DNA of 64,000 bases from positions 6,651,387-6,715,386 of the forward strand of contig NC_068997.1 of assembly GCF_001194135.2 (NCBI RefSeq), in the 5' to 3' direction. Below the pieces are notes generated by a model. The model saw only the letters and a list, made by a program, of their open reading frames with translations. It did not search any database and had not been told where the DNA came from. The stretch comes from Octopus bimaculoides (lineage: Eukaryota). The first letter of the stretch is position 1; each line of letters starts with the position of its first letter. A program made the translations under genes and the position numbers. Shown here piece after piece: positions 1 through 13,270 of this stretch.

Positions 1-898
1 GACATCTGATGACTTAGTAGCTTCTTTGAGTATGATCAACAACTCATCTTTTAACATCCATCCTTCCATCAATCTTCTAACTGCAAGACTACTTATCAGG
101 CTGCTGTAAAGGATACCACTTCTCTCCCTACACCTCACATTGTATCCTTACGACTGTCTCTTATCACCTCTGCCCCCCCCTCCTATTTTCACCAGAGCAC
201 ACTTACCTACCCACTCACCTTTTCTCTCCCTCTATCCCAGTTTTGTTTGTCATACTCATTGTGTACTTGACCTCACCCCACCAACTCCTCTCTCTCCTCT
301 TCAACAACACACCTGCTCCCGTCTCCCTACCAGATTTCCATACCCTTCAGTACTATACCATATTCAGTGGAGGGGTTTTGTCTCGCAGGTACTTGGTAAC
401 CTCACCAGTACTGGTGCCACAAAAAAAGGAAAAAAGCACACAGTACACTGTGTGAAATGATTTGGAAGGGTATCCAGCTGTAGAAACCACACCAAAACAG
501 ACCCGAGAGCTTAGTGCAGTCCTCTCACTCGTCTCTTTATGTCAAACTGTCCAACCCATGCCAGTGTGGAAAAAGCAGCTATATTGATGGTGACGATGAT
601 GATGATGATATGAGTCAATAGATGAGATCCAGAGATTTTCAATATAGAAAACACTTAGTAGCATTCAAATGATTTAAACTTACACCCCAATATCATTACC
701 AGGGACCAATTAAATACAGTAGAGAGTGGTTGTAAGAGGAATCAAGGTGAGCAGGTATGGAGATCTTTCATAATGTTGACAGAGTTACTTGCTTATTTGC
801 ATAATTTTCTCTCTCTCTCTCTCTACATACACACACACACACATATATATGTATATGTATATATGTATATGTGTGTGTGTGTGTATGTATATATATAT

Positions 899-1026
899 NN
901 NNNNNNNNNNNNNNNNNNNNNNNNNNNNNNNNNNNNNNNNNNNNNNNNNNNNNNNNNNNNNNNNNNNNNNNNNNNNNNNNNNNNNNNNNNNNNNNNNNNN
1001 NNNNNNNNNNNNNNNNNNNNNNNNNN
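899..1026. other. Assembly gap (N), flanked by (TA)n
   Basis: Run of N. Confidence 1.
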
Positions 1027-1419
1027 TATATATACATACATACATACACCCATCAAGCCAAGTGAAATCATAGTTGTGGCCCAAACCAGTGTTGCATAAC
1101 TTGTATGTAAAAAGCACCGTTCGAGCGTTGGGCCTCATGGAGGCAGTGACAGGTGACCAAGGCCTTTGGCAATATACTGTGCTTGTGTAAACCTGTCAAG
1201 CCAAGTGAGATTGTAGTCGTGGCTAGTGCCAGGGTCAGGTCAATGGCACCTGTGCTGGTGGCACGTAAAAAGCACCTTGCCGAATCAGATTGGAACCTGG
1301 TGCATCTTTCCAGCTTACCAGTTTTCAGTCAAACCATCCAACCCATGCCACCATGGAAAGTGGATATTAAACGATGATGATGATGATGATGTCAAAGGTA
1401 TAACAATTTTAAATTCCAC

Positions 1420-1560
1420 AATGACACCATTACTTCTGAAGAAATACATCAGAGAGGAACTTCATGCAGGATACATTGGGCCATACATGGTATAGAGGTA
1501 CCTCGTTATAGATAAATAAGAGATGCAAGAATTTATAAGGATGCTTCTAGCATATGCAAA
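1420..1560 (+). mobile_element. Possible Gypsy integrase zinc-finger remnant
   Basis: KYIREELHAGYIGPYMV resembles the integrase H2C2 motif ILxELHxGHxG; short and heavily decayed. Confidence 0.3.
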
Positions 1561-2919
1561 ACCCAAAGAACTAGCTGATTGGTCAGTGGTTTGTATTGAA
1601 TCCTTTGGGTACTATTTGCAAGGTTCAGATAATTTGCATAAGCTTGGTTCACTTAGACATAAGCAAGTGCCACTAATATTGGAATAGTGTGCTGGTGTAA
1701 AACTGATTTTTATTTTGTTATTGAAGGCTGGTCTCAAAATGCTGAACCTTACAAAGGAGATGAGAGATGACCGAGATATGTGGTGTATTGCTGTACCCAA
1801 GAAGACCCACCCACCACAACAGAACTGAGATCCTAAAACCAAGGTGCCACACAAAAAGCACTGGTGATGGTGCCATGTAAAAAGCACTCAGTACATTCTA
1901 TGGAGTGGTTGGTATTAGGGTTAGGGCATCCAGCCAAAGAAACCGAGATAAAACAGACTATGGAAAGTGGTGCAGCTGCTGGCTTTGTCAGTTCCTGTCA
2001 AGCTGTCCAACCCATGCCAGCATGGATAATGGACGTTAAATGTTGATGATGATGGTGATGATGGTTTATTGTACAGTGGCAGTGAATTTATGAATTACTT
2101 CTGTTCCTCACATCATATCCCAATTACTCCCCCACCATCAGGGCCCACTCATTACATTCCCCTACCTATAGCTCCCACTCCTTTCAAAATCTTGCAAACT
2201 CTCTTACCTTCTACAAACCAAATTCCCTCTTTGTCACATCCTCACCGTCTTTCTCTCTCCTCTCTTTCTTCTTCATCTGAGGTAGCCATGTTTCTCTTCT
2301 AACGCAAGACCCCTTTTCTGTCCCTCAGTACTACTCATCCCCTCCCTGCCCCAGTCGAGGTGTCTTGTCCTGCAAGTTATTTGGTAACTTCACTGCTACT
2401 GACGCCACATGAAAAGCACTCAGAACACTCTGTAAAGTGGTTGGCATTAAGAAGGGCAAACAACCATAAAAATCACGCCAAAACAGACAGCACAGTGCAG
2501 TCCTCTGACTTGTCAGTTTTTGTCAAACCGTCCTAACCATGACAGTATGGAAAATGGATGCTAAATGATGATGATGATAAAGGCTCTATCTAATTAACAT
2601 CTTTGGTTTCAAATGATATCAACTGAAAATATCTATCATGGAAGCACCTATTATTTAAATTGAATATAAGTATATTTATATTGCAAAAATATCTATGGAA
2701 AGTATATTTGAATTTTATTATACAAAATGCTATATAATACAATTATCTGGCTGCTTAGAAATAAATGAAAATTATTTATACTAAAAAAAAAAGTGACTGA
2801 ATTACTATCTCTTTTCCATGAAAGATAATTCCAAGATTTCATTATAACTATATCATTATATAGTTATATTCTGTCTATATGCAGTGTCCACTTTTCAACT
2901 CAAAATTTCTTTCAAAACT

Positions 2920-3778
2920 ATTCTCAATTGTTGATTTTTATGAAGTTTTGAAAATATGCAATTCAGATTTCTTAAAATTCCACATAATTCATTATGTTTT
3001 AATCTATTTAGCATAGAACTGATTTGTTGGAAAGGATGATGATGATGATAATCAGCGATTGTATCAAATATACAAAGAATATTTATCATTAAACACAAGA
3101 ATTTTACTTGAATTTGAGATCTATAATTTTTACATGCTTAGTCTGTATTAAATGCAAGTCTGACAAACATAAATAAGTTGTTGACAAACTGATAGAAAAA
3201 AAGACTATTTTTCACCTGTGCTCTTTCACAATAAACTCAGTCTAAACTAAAATATTGTGCGTTTTAAGAAAGAAGTGATGTTAGCAAATAGTGAGATTCA
3301 TGTAATACTCACAGGCTTTGTTGTCACATAAAATTCATACTAAATATATAAGGGGCAGTAATTTGTTTAAAGACAGAATTGCTTCCCTTGCTAAAGACAA
3401 CTCGAAAATCATTTCATTTGTTAGTGAAAGAGGTTGGCCAAATATACAATGTAGTTATTTAATATATATAATAAAATTTGTAATAGATTCTTTTACATTA
3501 ACTTTATATAAGAATGGTAACTTTTTTTAAAAGTTTGTAAAAACAACTTTTTGAGATAATGGGCATTTTCAAACTAATAGTATAAAATTGTGGTTAAAGA
3601 CCGAAGCGATACCTGGACTACAGCTTCTTTTTTTTTTACCTTGACTGCAAACTGTTTTATGTTTTTCAAAGTAAAATATCAGTGAACAAACACTAGAAAG
3701 TTAATCAGAACGTTACATACTAATTCTCAATTGTTGATTTTTATGAAGTTTTGAAAATATGCAATTCAGATTTCTTAA
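2920..3778 (+). repeat. Exact 56-bp direct repeat (2920-2975 and 3723-3778)
   Basis: attctcaattgttgatttttatgaagttttgaaaatatgcaattcagatttcttaa occurs identically twice, 803 bp apart. Confidence 0.9.
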
Positions 3779-4097
3779 TAATAAGAGAATATTATTAGAT
3801 TTAATTACAAAAGTAAAATAAGTGTTGTGACAAAGCAATGACTAATGCTACTTGATTCATTTTTATGGCACATCAGACAAGTTCTTTGCCTTATTCTGGA
3901 GCCACCAGTAAGGTTTAGCTTCACTCAAGATTGTCAAAGTGACAGTAAATGAATCACTAAATAGATATATAATGAAACACATATTTATTGGCTAAGAAAA
4001 TTTACAGTTGTTGAGAAATTTTTAAAGCTTCTGACATGATATTCACATAAAGTGAAGAAACATTAAAAAAGCTAAAATAGAATAAATTTTGCTTTAA

Positions 4098-4304
4098 CTC
4101 TGTAGCATTCAAATTATTCTGTCAGCTATGCTGCTTATTTAAGCCCATTGTTTTGAATTAATCAAACATTATCTGGTAGCGATGAGATGTTGATGATGTG
4201 ATTATTTACTTATACTGTAGAGTAGGTGGGAGAGACACGGCCAGTTTGAACAGGAAACAGGTAGAATATTTGGACCTGGTGTGACTTGTTTAAATGCTGT
4301 AGTG
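4098..4304. mobile_element. Older copy of the same piggyBac-type MITE family, 207 bp
   Basis: TTAA at 4094-97 and 4305-08; internal sequence similar to 19001-19206 (tagcattc...ttgttttgaattaatc...tttaaatgct). Confidence 0.6.
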
Positions 4305-4989
4305 TTAAGGGACAGAGAAGGAAAAAAAAAGAAAGAAAGAACCTAACCTGTTATAACTGTATAAATACAAGAATTGGTGCCAGTACTAATATAATACAGG
4401 TAGTAAACCTGCCTCTGTCTAATAAACCATCTAAGAAGTCTACTGTCTATGTTGCCTCTGGTCAAAAGATTCCACTTCATCCTTTATTAGGTTCTTCTTT
4501 ATATAAAAGATAACAAAGCAAAGCTATTAATCAGATGAAAGTGAGTTCAAACTCTTTCATTCACCTTATCAACTAATTTAATTAATGAAATCAGGTTATC
4601 AGCATATATTTCCAAAAACACCCTGCACATATTTAAGGATCATGGATTATCATGAAGAGTAGTGGACTAAAGACAGAACCTGGCTGGACACTTAATAGCA
4701 ACCCAAATGCTTTAACACTTAGTCAGGACTTCAACGATAATTAGAAGCATTCAGTCATGCATAACTTCCATCAGTCTATAAAATGTAGGAACCCATCAAA
4801 AGATTTCTTAAATCAACAAATGCAAACACCTGTTGTTTGGTCTTAATTAAAAATATCTCCAGCACCAGAAGTTTGCCATCTTTAGTTTCCAATGCAGTTG
4901 CAAACCCAGCAGCATTGAACACGTATGCAAAATTACATCCATATACACATGTACGTTGGTGCATGTATGTACTTCTATGCTGTGTATGA

Positions 4990-5578
4990 GAAGACCCGGC
5001 AAGCCAAGTGAGACCTAAATCCAAGGCCTCTGCCAGCCCACTTATGCGTACCTTTCCTTCTTTGGACACTAAACTCCGCTTGCGAAGACCTGTTGAGGCA
5101 AGTGAAATCGAAATCGAACTAAATTCGACGACTGGCACCCGTGCCAACGTCGTCTCCTTCATTGGACACGAAACTCAGCTTGCAAAGACTTATTGGGGCA
5201 AGTGAAGGCGAAATCGGGATGGCACCTGTGCCCAGCGTCGCCTTTCTGGCACTTGTGCCCGTGGCATGTGTAATGGACTTTCGAGCGAGATCGTTGCCAG
5301 TGCCCCTGGACTGGCTCTTGTGCGAGTGGCACATAAAATACCCCATTTGAGCGTGGCCGTTGCCAGTACCACTTGACTGGCCTTCGTGCCGGTGGCACGT
5401 AAAAGCACCCACTACACTCTCAGAGTGGTTGGCGTTAGGAAGGGCATCCAGCTGTAGAAACTCTGCCAAATCAGATTGGAACCTGGTGTAGCCATCTGGT
5501 TTCACCAGTCCTCAGTCAAATCGTCTAACCCATGCTAGCATGGAAAGCGGACGTTAAACGATGATGATGATGATGATG
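4990..5578 (+). repeat. Young SINE with RTE-type (GAT)n tail and internally duplicated head
   Basis: Two ~80-nt head subrepeats (ttggacac.aaactc.gcttgc.aagac...gcaagtgaa) plus the core gtggttggcgttaggaagggcatccagctgtagaaactctgccaaatcagattgga...cggacgttaaacgatgatgatg. Confidence 0.85.
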
Positions 5579-7122
5579 TATTTAAAAAAAAAACCTCCCC
5601 CAAGTTAGTTACATGTGCTATTAATAGAAATGAAATATTAATTTATCTTCAGTAACTTTGCTTCTATCTTATCAAGCATACTTATATGAATACCAATTGA
5701 AAATCACTGAGAACAATATATATTGATAATAATAAGCCTGAAAAGTTGGGGGAGGGAACTAGTCAATTACATCACCCGCCCCACTGCTTGACTGATAATA
5801 ATCTGCACACCTGAGTAAACCAGCATAAACCACATCTTTATTATCTTACTGTTAGATGTGAAGTGTGACAAAAAAATCTCCCCAAGCCCTATCAATTTAT
5901 CCTAGGTTTTGAGATTAACAAGTAAAATCTATTGAATCCAAGATTAGCATCAGTTATACTGCCAATGATTCATTGCATAAACATAATCAGGTGACAAATA
6001 TTTAAATATAAATTACCCCAAAACAATAATAGCAAGAAGTATAATTCAACCTGATGGAGAGTCATATGAGATGATGAGAGAAAATCTTAAAAGTAATTGC
6101 TGTATTTTCTTCTTATACAACATAGTAAATAAGTTTTTACTTCAATAGAATCACATGACGACAATGAGTCTTTCATTCAAAGTTTATAATGTGAACCAGG
6201 TGAAAATATTGATGCCATTTAAAGGTATTCCTGGTAGGAAAAACTTACAGAGAAATTCACCAAAAATGATGTGGTAATATTCTTGAAGTTAGGGAATAAA
6301 ATGTGCTAAAGGAAGTCGTTGTAGAATGAAGCAATATTAGATTGACTATTGTTTAATATTTAGAAGAGACAATTCAAAAAAGAGACAAGAAAATCTATCT
6401 TTCAAATATTATCAACCACTGAAAAATATTCTGAGAATTCACTGAAGAGTAAATGGAGAGAGAAATTGGGAGTTGATTAGGATTGTTTTTGTTATATTCA
6501 AAAATTTGCAACTCTGGTGAGATCATCTAGCCAATAAAAGCACCAGATTAAGACATTTATATACTATCTATCAGGTTTTTCTATATTTGTAAATTTGAAA
6601 TTCTATATTTCTGATGTTTGATTAAAAAAAAAAAAATAAGCCTCACTAGTTTTTGCAGGTGTAAAGCATTATAAGTCATGATGATGACAATGACTAACTT
6701 ATCACATTTGCCAGCAGATAATTTTGAAAAAAAATTCTTCTAAGCATCAATATTCTATTCCACAAAGATTAATGTTTTTGATAATTTCACTTAGCAATCG
6801 TTAATGATTCCAGATGAGAAGTGACTTGAAAGAATTTCAGCAGTTGACTTAAGAGTTTACACTTTAACATAACGTTTCTTTCTAAACAAGCAATGACATC
6901 CAGTTTTCCACATTAGCATAAGATGGTTGCATATACAACATTAGAAATAATCCAAGTAAAAAAACTTAGCGAGCATAGATGGAAAAGTCAGATCTTTTTT
7001 CTTATTTGATCTCTCATTTCTGACATTTCATTTTATGCCAAAACACTGAGTATTGATAATACGAAAGTAAACTCTGTGTTAAACAAAAAGAAAAGATTAA
7101 CAAAAACACTTGTTTTACTTAC

Positions 7123-7370
7123 TTGTGCTAAGCTATGAGCACTGCTGTTTGGTGTACCAGTAGTGGTGACCAGTGTCCCTGAACTGGAGGTCGACTGGCT
7201 GCTAGTACTGTGGCTATCATAAGGTTTCGATTGAAAGTAAGTCCTTTGTGAATGATTAGGTGTGCTTGGTAATGTGGAAGCAGACGTTGAAGTGGTAGAG
7301 ATACCAGCAGCAGCTGCACTCACAGATGCTAAAATTTGGGGATACCTGGTCTGAACAATTTTCTGGCAAG
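7123..7370 (-). CDS. AGAP1: AGAP-like coding exon, 248 nt: (A)CQKIVQTRYPQILASVSAAAAGISTT...PSTPNHSQ...NSSAHSLAQ; end of the GTPase domain plus Ser/Thr-rich linker
   Basis: Lies within ORF 7033..7416(-); acceptor aatatttcag| and donor CAA|gtaagt; phase 1 to 0; continues VFQD into ACQKIV as in AGAP/CenG1A. Confidence 0.9.
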
Positions 7371-7812
7371 CTGAAATATTAAGAACATAAATAAATGAAT
7401 AAATAAGTGTGCACATGTGGGCGATGCGTGCATGTGCATATGTCTGTGTTAAAAGATTATATCAATAAATCATTTGAAAATATTAAACAGTAATAATTCA
7501 ACTTGGAATAGGATTGTGACATTATTAACATAATTATTTCCAATTAAGAGAAGATAGTTTTAAAGTTGCCATCATAACAATTGATATTTGAATGCTTTCA
7601 AGTGAACTTTAATGTTAGTTTAATAATTAATAAAAAAAAACAAATGTTTATCTATTTGCAATATAATCTAGAAGTACAATAAAAATTGTAACAATTGCAT
7701 TACAATGGTAATTATTTGTTATCAGTTACAAGTGAATTCGGCAATTTAGTCTGCATTAAGTTTGTATGGAGGTGGGGGGGGGTATTGTGATTGGTAAAAT
7801 CAAATACACCGA

Positions 7813-7858
<46 letters not shown>

Positions 7859-7929
7859 ACTGACAATGTTAAATATGAAAAATAATTACAACTTAAAATC
7901 ATTTACACTCTTAAGTGTAAATGATTTAA

Positions 7930-8150
7930 CCCTTTCGTTATTGTAGTTATTTTGAGATGCTCTGTGTTTCTTTTAATTATTTCAAATATAACAAAGAATT
8001 TAGTAAAATAACTTAGTTATCATTTAGCTAATGTTAGGAACCTAAATTTTGACTAAAGTTTGGTGGAAGATTTTAATTCAAAACTTATGAAAACTAGACA
8101 TTTGTACTACAGAGCCAGAGCCGGTTTCAGCCTGGTTGGTAATGAAAGGG
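7930..8150. mobile_element. piggyBac-type MITE, second family, 221 bp
   Basis: TTAA|ccctttcgtta ... taatgaaaggg|TTAA. Confidence 0.75.
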
Positions 8151-8154
8151 TTAA

Positions 8155-8525
8155 GAGGCATGAGATGTGTGCAAGAGAGAAGAAGGCTGTGCTGGTTTGG
8201 TCATGTGATGCGTATGGATGAAGACAGCTGCATGAAGAAGTGCTGAACTCTAATTGTGGTAGACTCAGGAAGATGTGGGATGAAGTGGTAAAAAAGGATC
8301 TTCGGACGTTGGGTCTCACTGAGGAAATGACAAGGGACCTGTGCTGATGCTGTGTAAATCCACCAGTGCCGTTGGCATGTAAAAAGCACCCAGCACACTG
8401 TTAAGTGGTTGGCATTAGGAAGAGCATCCAGCTGTAGAAACCATGCCGCAACAGACAATTGGAGTCTGGACAGCTCCCAGCCTTGCCAGCACGGAAAGCA
8501 GACGTTAAACGACAATGGTGATGAT
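8155..8525 (+). mobile_element. 5'-truncated RTE-clade LINE 3' end with (GAT)n tail
   Basis: Translates to RRLCWFGHVMRMDEDSCMKKC (RTE ORF C-terminus), then the shared gtggttggcattaggaag...aacgacaatggtgatgatg tail. Confidence 0.8.
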
Positions 8526-10207
8526 GAATTACAGCTTAATAGTTCAACTTCAGTCTGAAGAATATACTTTGGGTCTCTGCTGGAATTGATTGCAAATGCT
8601 AAATCAAAAATGTATTTTGTATGATGGAAATCCTCATTGATGAAGTTACAGTAAAAAGGAATATGAAGTGAGAAAGAATGGATTATAAGAAATGGTAATT
8701 ATTTGGTCCAACCCCTGTATAATTAGCATTAGAAATTGAAAAAGAAATTTCATTTATGAATGAAACTATTCACTTTGGAATAAATAAAAAAAATAGCAGC
8801 ACTTTGAAAGAGCAGTGAAATAAGAATATTGCAACATATAGCAACTAAATTTATTTAAAAAATTTTTTCTTTACTAGCAAACTATATCTAAAAAATTTTA
8901 CACAATTTTTCAAAGTGACAACTTCCAAATATATATTAGGACAAAATGTTATGGATGATTAAATAATGAAGGATCTTTAAATTTCAATTCCTGTCTTCTT
9001 GTCTGATGTGATCAATAACAATGGTCACCATAGAAACATTATTATTATTAGTTGTGCAGATGATTCAGCGGAAATAGCCACAAACTCAATGAATATCTCC
9101 TTAAACTCAATGAAAAGCAATCTTTATTATAAAATAGCAGAAAAGATACAGAAAATCAGAAAGTGGTTTCACTCAGTTTACTAGAAACATAATCAATGAG
9201 TAATTAAATGTGGTAACAAGGCACAAGACCTGAAATTTGGGGGATGGGGGGGCTAATCGATGTACCAGTTCAACCCTAATGCTAAACTGGTACTTACTTT
9301 GTCAACCCCAAATGTATGAAAGGCAAAGTCGACCTTGGTAGAATGAGAACCCAGAAGGTACAGACAGATAAAATGTTTAGTGGCATTTTGTTTGGCTTGT
9401 TAACAATTCTGCCAGACACTTTTAAAAGAAAATGTATGTGTATAACTTTCCTTACAGATAAATATAAAACATTATCATGTATATATTATTTCACAAGAAT
9501 TACCAAAGTTCCTGGTTGGAGTAGGAATCTTTCGAAATCATGGCAACATTGAAAAATGGAATTTGTATAATGATAAGTTAAACTTAACTACTAGCAAGGA
9601 CACAGTATTTCGTTTTGCAACCACAAGTTTATTGGTTTCGAATTTTAGCACAAAGCCAGGATACTACCAAGTATATTAAAGGTGTACAAGTCAAATACTG
9701 AGTTTTAAATGTTAATTATTAGCAAGGTTAATTACAAAATGTCATAACTTATAGTGCTGGCTTAGAATTCTATAGAAAATCTATAGCTTCTCACATCAAA
9801 GAAATTAAAGGCAGAGTCAAATGCCAATGAATTTAAATTCAGAACATAGAAGAGTAAAACTAAATAATTATAAGACTTATTTATTATAAGGTAAAGTTTT
9901 TATCATTCCTTTACAAGCACAAATCAAATGATTACTGGTAGTTTGAATTTTTATCTTGTAATGTGTTGCTGCACAGACATAGATGTCCAAAAGATTTGAT
10001 ATATTACTATAAACATTTGCCAATTAGTCACACAACTATAGAATTAATTAGGAAATGCAATGCTGAAGCATTTCTGTTATATTTCAGAATGTGAAACTGA
10101 ACCTACAAAGAATCAAAAGCAAGGTATGAATTCCATACATGAAACAAAGTGACCACCTCACCTAAAAGGTTAATAAATTAGAATTTCCCATTCAGCAGCG
10201 ACTTATA

Positions 10208-10267
<60 letters not shown>

Positions 10268-10989
10268 GAGACCCATAAAACCCTCCCCTAATGTGTGCAA
10301 AAGTACAAAATAATAAACTAATACAGATATTATCAATATAAAATAGGGGACCCGTAATCAGCATAAGCAAAGAGAAACATTTTTGAAAGATGTTTCCTAA
10401 TTAAAACTCTCTCTAAATGTATGAAACTTGAAGATGATCATTGTGTAAACATTATTTTCCATTAACAAATTCCTATATATAACATAAACAGGAACTGCCC
10501 AATCACTGACCTATATTTCTCATTTAATACACAGCCTAGCATACTTTATATTTCAGATGTCATGGTAAACATTGTGCTCTATTTATAGCAGCTATCTTGT
10601 AAACATTTTACTCAAAAATCTCATCCCTGGGAAGCGAGAGGAATTTGAGATACAAAAATATTTAATATGATTTTTCTTCTATAATCAAAGAAAACTATGA
10701 TGATCCCTTAACGACAAAAACATTTTCCTTAAAAACTTAAAAAGCTTATTATAAGGTAAGAAACTAAAACTTGCAATCTAAAAAGGATATTGAAAAAAAA
10801 TTCCTTTTGAAAAGCACAGAGAACTATCTTTCTGTGATAAGTTATTTCTAGAGTAGAATACATTGAGCAGAATGTTAACTCCAACCTCTGTGTGGGTGTG
10901 TGAGTGTCTAGTTTTATATTCTATATTGACTGCTTGGTGCCCCCCTGGAGAAACCAGATAACATCTGTTATCTAGATGACACAGTTCTT

Positions 10990-11310
10990 AGGGTAGAAAT
11001 AGCAGGAGAGGGATGATTGGGCAACTTAAGGTGACTCAAATGGGTATGTATGGAAGAAATGTACCCAATGCAGGCGGTATGGCAGTATGTGTAAAAGGTA
11101 TGATGTTTATGGCAGTTTATGACAGTTTAAATTCTTTAGTGCAACAAAGAGGTAGTAATACGTACCAACAGCCTTTTGTGTACGTTTTTGAAGTGGAGAA
11201 ATTAATGCAATTAATATAGGATTTGAGGGAGTGAGAAAAGGTAGGTGCATCAGGTGTATTTGGACAGGGATAATATGAAAGTTTATTAGAGGAGCAGACA
11301 CACTAGTATT
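10990..11310 (-). mobile_element. Possible CR1/L2 endonuclease remnant
   Basis: Minus strand VSAPL... followed by Pro/Ser-rich sequence, resembling the VSAPLGxSDH motif; heavily decayed. Confidence 0.3.
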
Positions 11311-11464
11311 AGTAGTAACAGAGACAGCAGGAAAACAATGTCAATGAGCAAGTAGCTTTAGTACATTGTTGATTGAATCTTAGCTTTTGAATCTTAGGCT
11401 CTTTTTTTTTTTTTTTCCATGTGCAGCAGATGAACTATCCAAGATATGTGCATATGTCAATGCA

Positions 11465-12362
11465 CGAGGTGATATCAAAAGATTCCTGAACTAGTCATGT
11501 TTAATAAAAAATAACTTTTTTTTACCTAAGTTTTAACATAATTTCTTTGAAATAGTCACCTTGCGCAACAATGCACAGGTCCCAGCATGTCTGCCACTTT
11601 TAGAATCCAGCCTAAAAGTTGTTTTCCGTAAGTGAGTTAAAGACCTTCAGTGATTTGCTCTGGATCTCGACAATGGTGTTAAAATGGCAGCCTTTGAGCT
11701 GTATTCTCGTCTTTGGGGAAGAGATAGAAATCTGACAAATAGGGCAGGTGCAGAAGCAATACCACGTTGTTTTTGGCGAGAAACTTATGAATGAAGAGAG
11801 CTTGGTGACGAGTACATTTTCATTGTGAAGAATCCCGACATTAGGATTGCCTGTATGGACCCATTTGACTGACCAACAACATCAGCAATGCCGTTGATTG
11901 TTCTCCAACAGTCCTCATGCAGAAGTGGATGAATTTTTTCCACATTTCTGGGGATGACACTTGTGGCAGCTCTTACACATCACTAATTGTCTTCCAGAGA
12001 CATTCTTTTGCTTTTGAAGTACCCAGGCCACTCAAAACATTGCATACAGCCCATTGCCTCATCACCATAAGCTTGCTGAAGCATGTTCAATGCCTCTGTG
12101 GCAGACTTTCCAAGTTGAAAGCAAAATTTCAAGTTGGCTCTTTGTTGCAACTCGCTGCCCATAACAAAAATCACAGACTACAGCAGAAACACACGTGATC
12201 ACAGAGACACAAAGCACCACAACCTGTGAAGTAAACACAGCAATGTCACTTGGCACACTGCCTCATGAAGGTCACTGGTAGCACTCACTGCATACGCAAC
12301 CATGTGCTGCCATCTGTTGATGTTCTACAGAGCTAGTCCAGGAACTATCAGATACCACCTTG
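11465..12362 (-). mobile_element. Internally deleted mariner element
   Basis: About 30-bp TIRs cgaggtgatatcaaaagattcctgaactag / ctagtccaggaactatcagataccaccttg; TA at 12363-64 (left site reads CA). Minus-strand remnant QRANLKFCFQLGKSATEALNMLQQAYGDEAM (mariner HTH), and a C-terminal ...CIVAQGDYF-like remnant near 11545-11600. Confidence 0.85.
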
Positions 12363-12425
12363 TAGATTACACTTTTATTTTGAAGTAACTCAAATCCATT
12401 AGCTTTTGTGATGCAATTGTGTATG

Positions 12426-12456
<31 letters not shown>

Positions 12457-12699
12457 TACCTCTGAGAATCATAAGTGTTTGTGATGCTGAGCATTTGTAG
12501 AGACTGCAAAAGATTTACTTGTGTAGTTTCTAATAGAACACAATGATCTATTTTCCTTTGATATGTTTCAATAGCAAAATTGTTTTTGAAATTTCTGTCA
12601 TAGAAGTTATTTGTGCATAAATAGTATGGTATACTTTACGAAAGAGAACATTTAGTTACAAGTAAGAAAAAAAGAAAAAAAACGACCCTGTCTTTGATA

Positions 12700-13270
12700 T
12701 TAAGAAGGAAGTGAATGAAAGAAATAATCAAGTTTTGAGGCCATCAGAGTTAATAAAATATGGAGTGAAGAGAGCCCTGTTGATGTGTGGAGAGGCAATC
12801 TGACAGGGAATTTCCAAGCCAAAAAGTGAAAGATAGAACCAACAAGCTTACAAGAGTAGTTTGATGAATAATATGAGCAAAGCAATGATTGGTAGAAAAT
12901 TCAATGAGGAATTTAAGTAAGGGCTCTAACCTTACTCCCTTTAAAACAATAATAAAGTAATAATTCAAGAGAGTCAGGAGTGGAGGTCGTAAGGAATGTT
13001 TACCACCAATGACCTTGTTCACACAGTAGAATCTTTTGAAGAGTGTGCAAACTTAAAAAAATGGTCCAAAAATCAAAAGACTGAACGTGTCAACATGTCA
13101 GAGACTAAAGTACTAGTCTGTTACAGAGGGCAAATGATTCTTGCTATATCTGCCAAGTGGCTTTGCTCAGTATGTAGAAAGGGGAATATATTCTGCCTAC
13201 CTGTCCAAGCTAGTTCTGTGAGGAGGACTCCTGTTGAATTTACTTTGAATTCCCTTTTGATACATATAAC
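12700..13270 (+). mobile_element. Degenerate RTE LINE reverse-transcriptase fragment
   Basis: VNMSETKVLV...SAKWLCSVCRKG resembles the RTE RT C-terminal KVNxxKTKV...WPCSxCRKG region. Confidence 0.55.

Larger units (their letters stand above)
340..2580 (+). repeat. Cluster of four copies of the (GAT)n-tailed SINE family (approx. 340-610, 1050-1390, 1780-2065, 2340-2580)
   Basis: Each has aaaagcac...ggcatccag...gtccaacccatgc...(gat)n. Confidence 0.8.

Noticed and set aside
768-1138. Long ORFs with X runs (also 16659, 48840, 53914-54478)
   Set aside because: Artefacts of reading through N gaps.
4776-5162. 128-aa minus-strand ORF
   Set aside because: Half of it is SINE sequence, the rest shows no family motif, and it has no compatible splice sites for the AGAP model.
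5040-5400. CRISPR-like or regularly spaced repeat array
   Set aside because: Internal subrepeats of a eukaryotic SINE head; no constant repeat/unique spacer structure and no cas genes.
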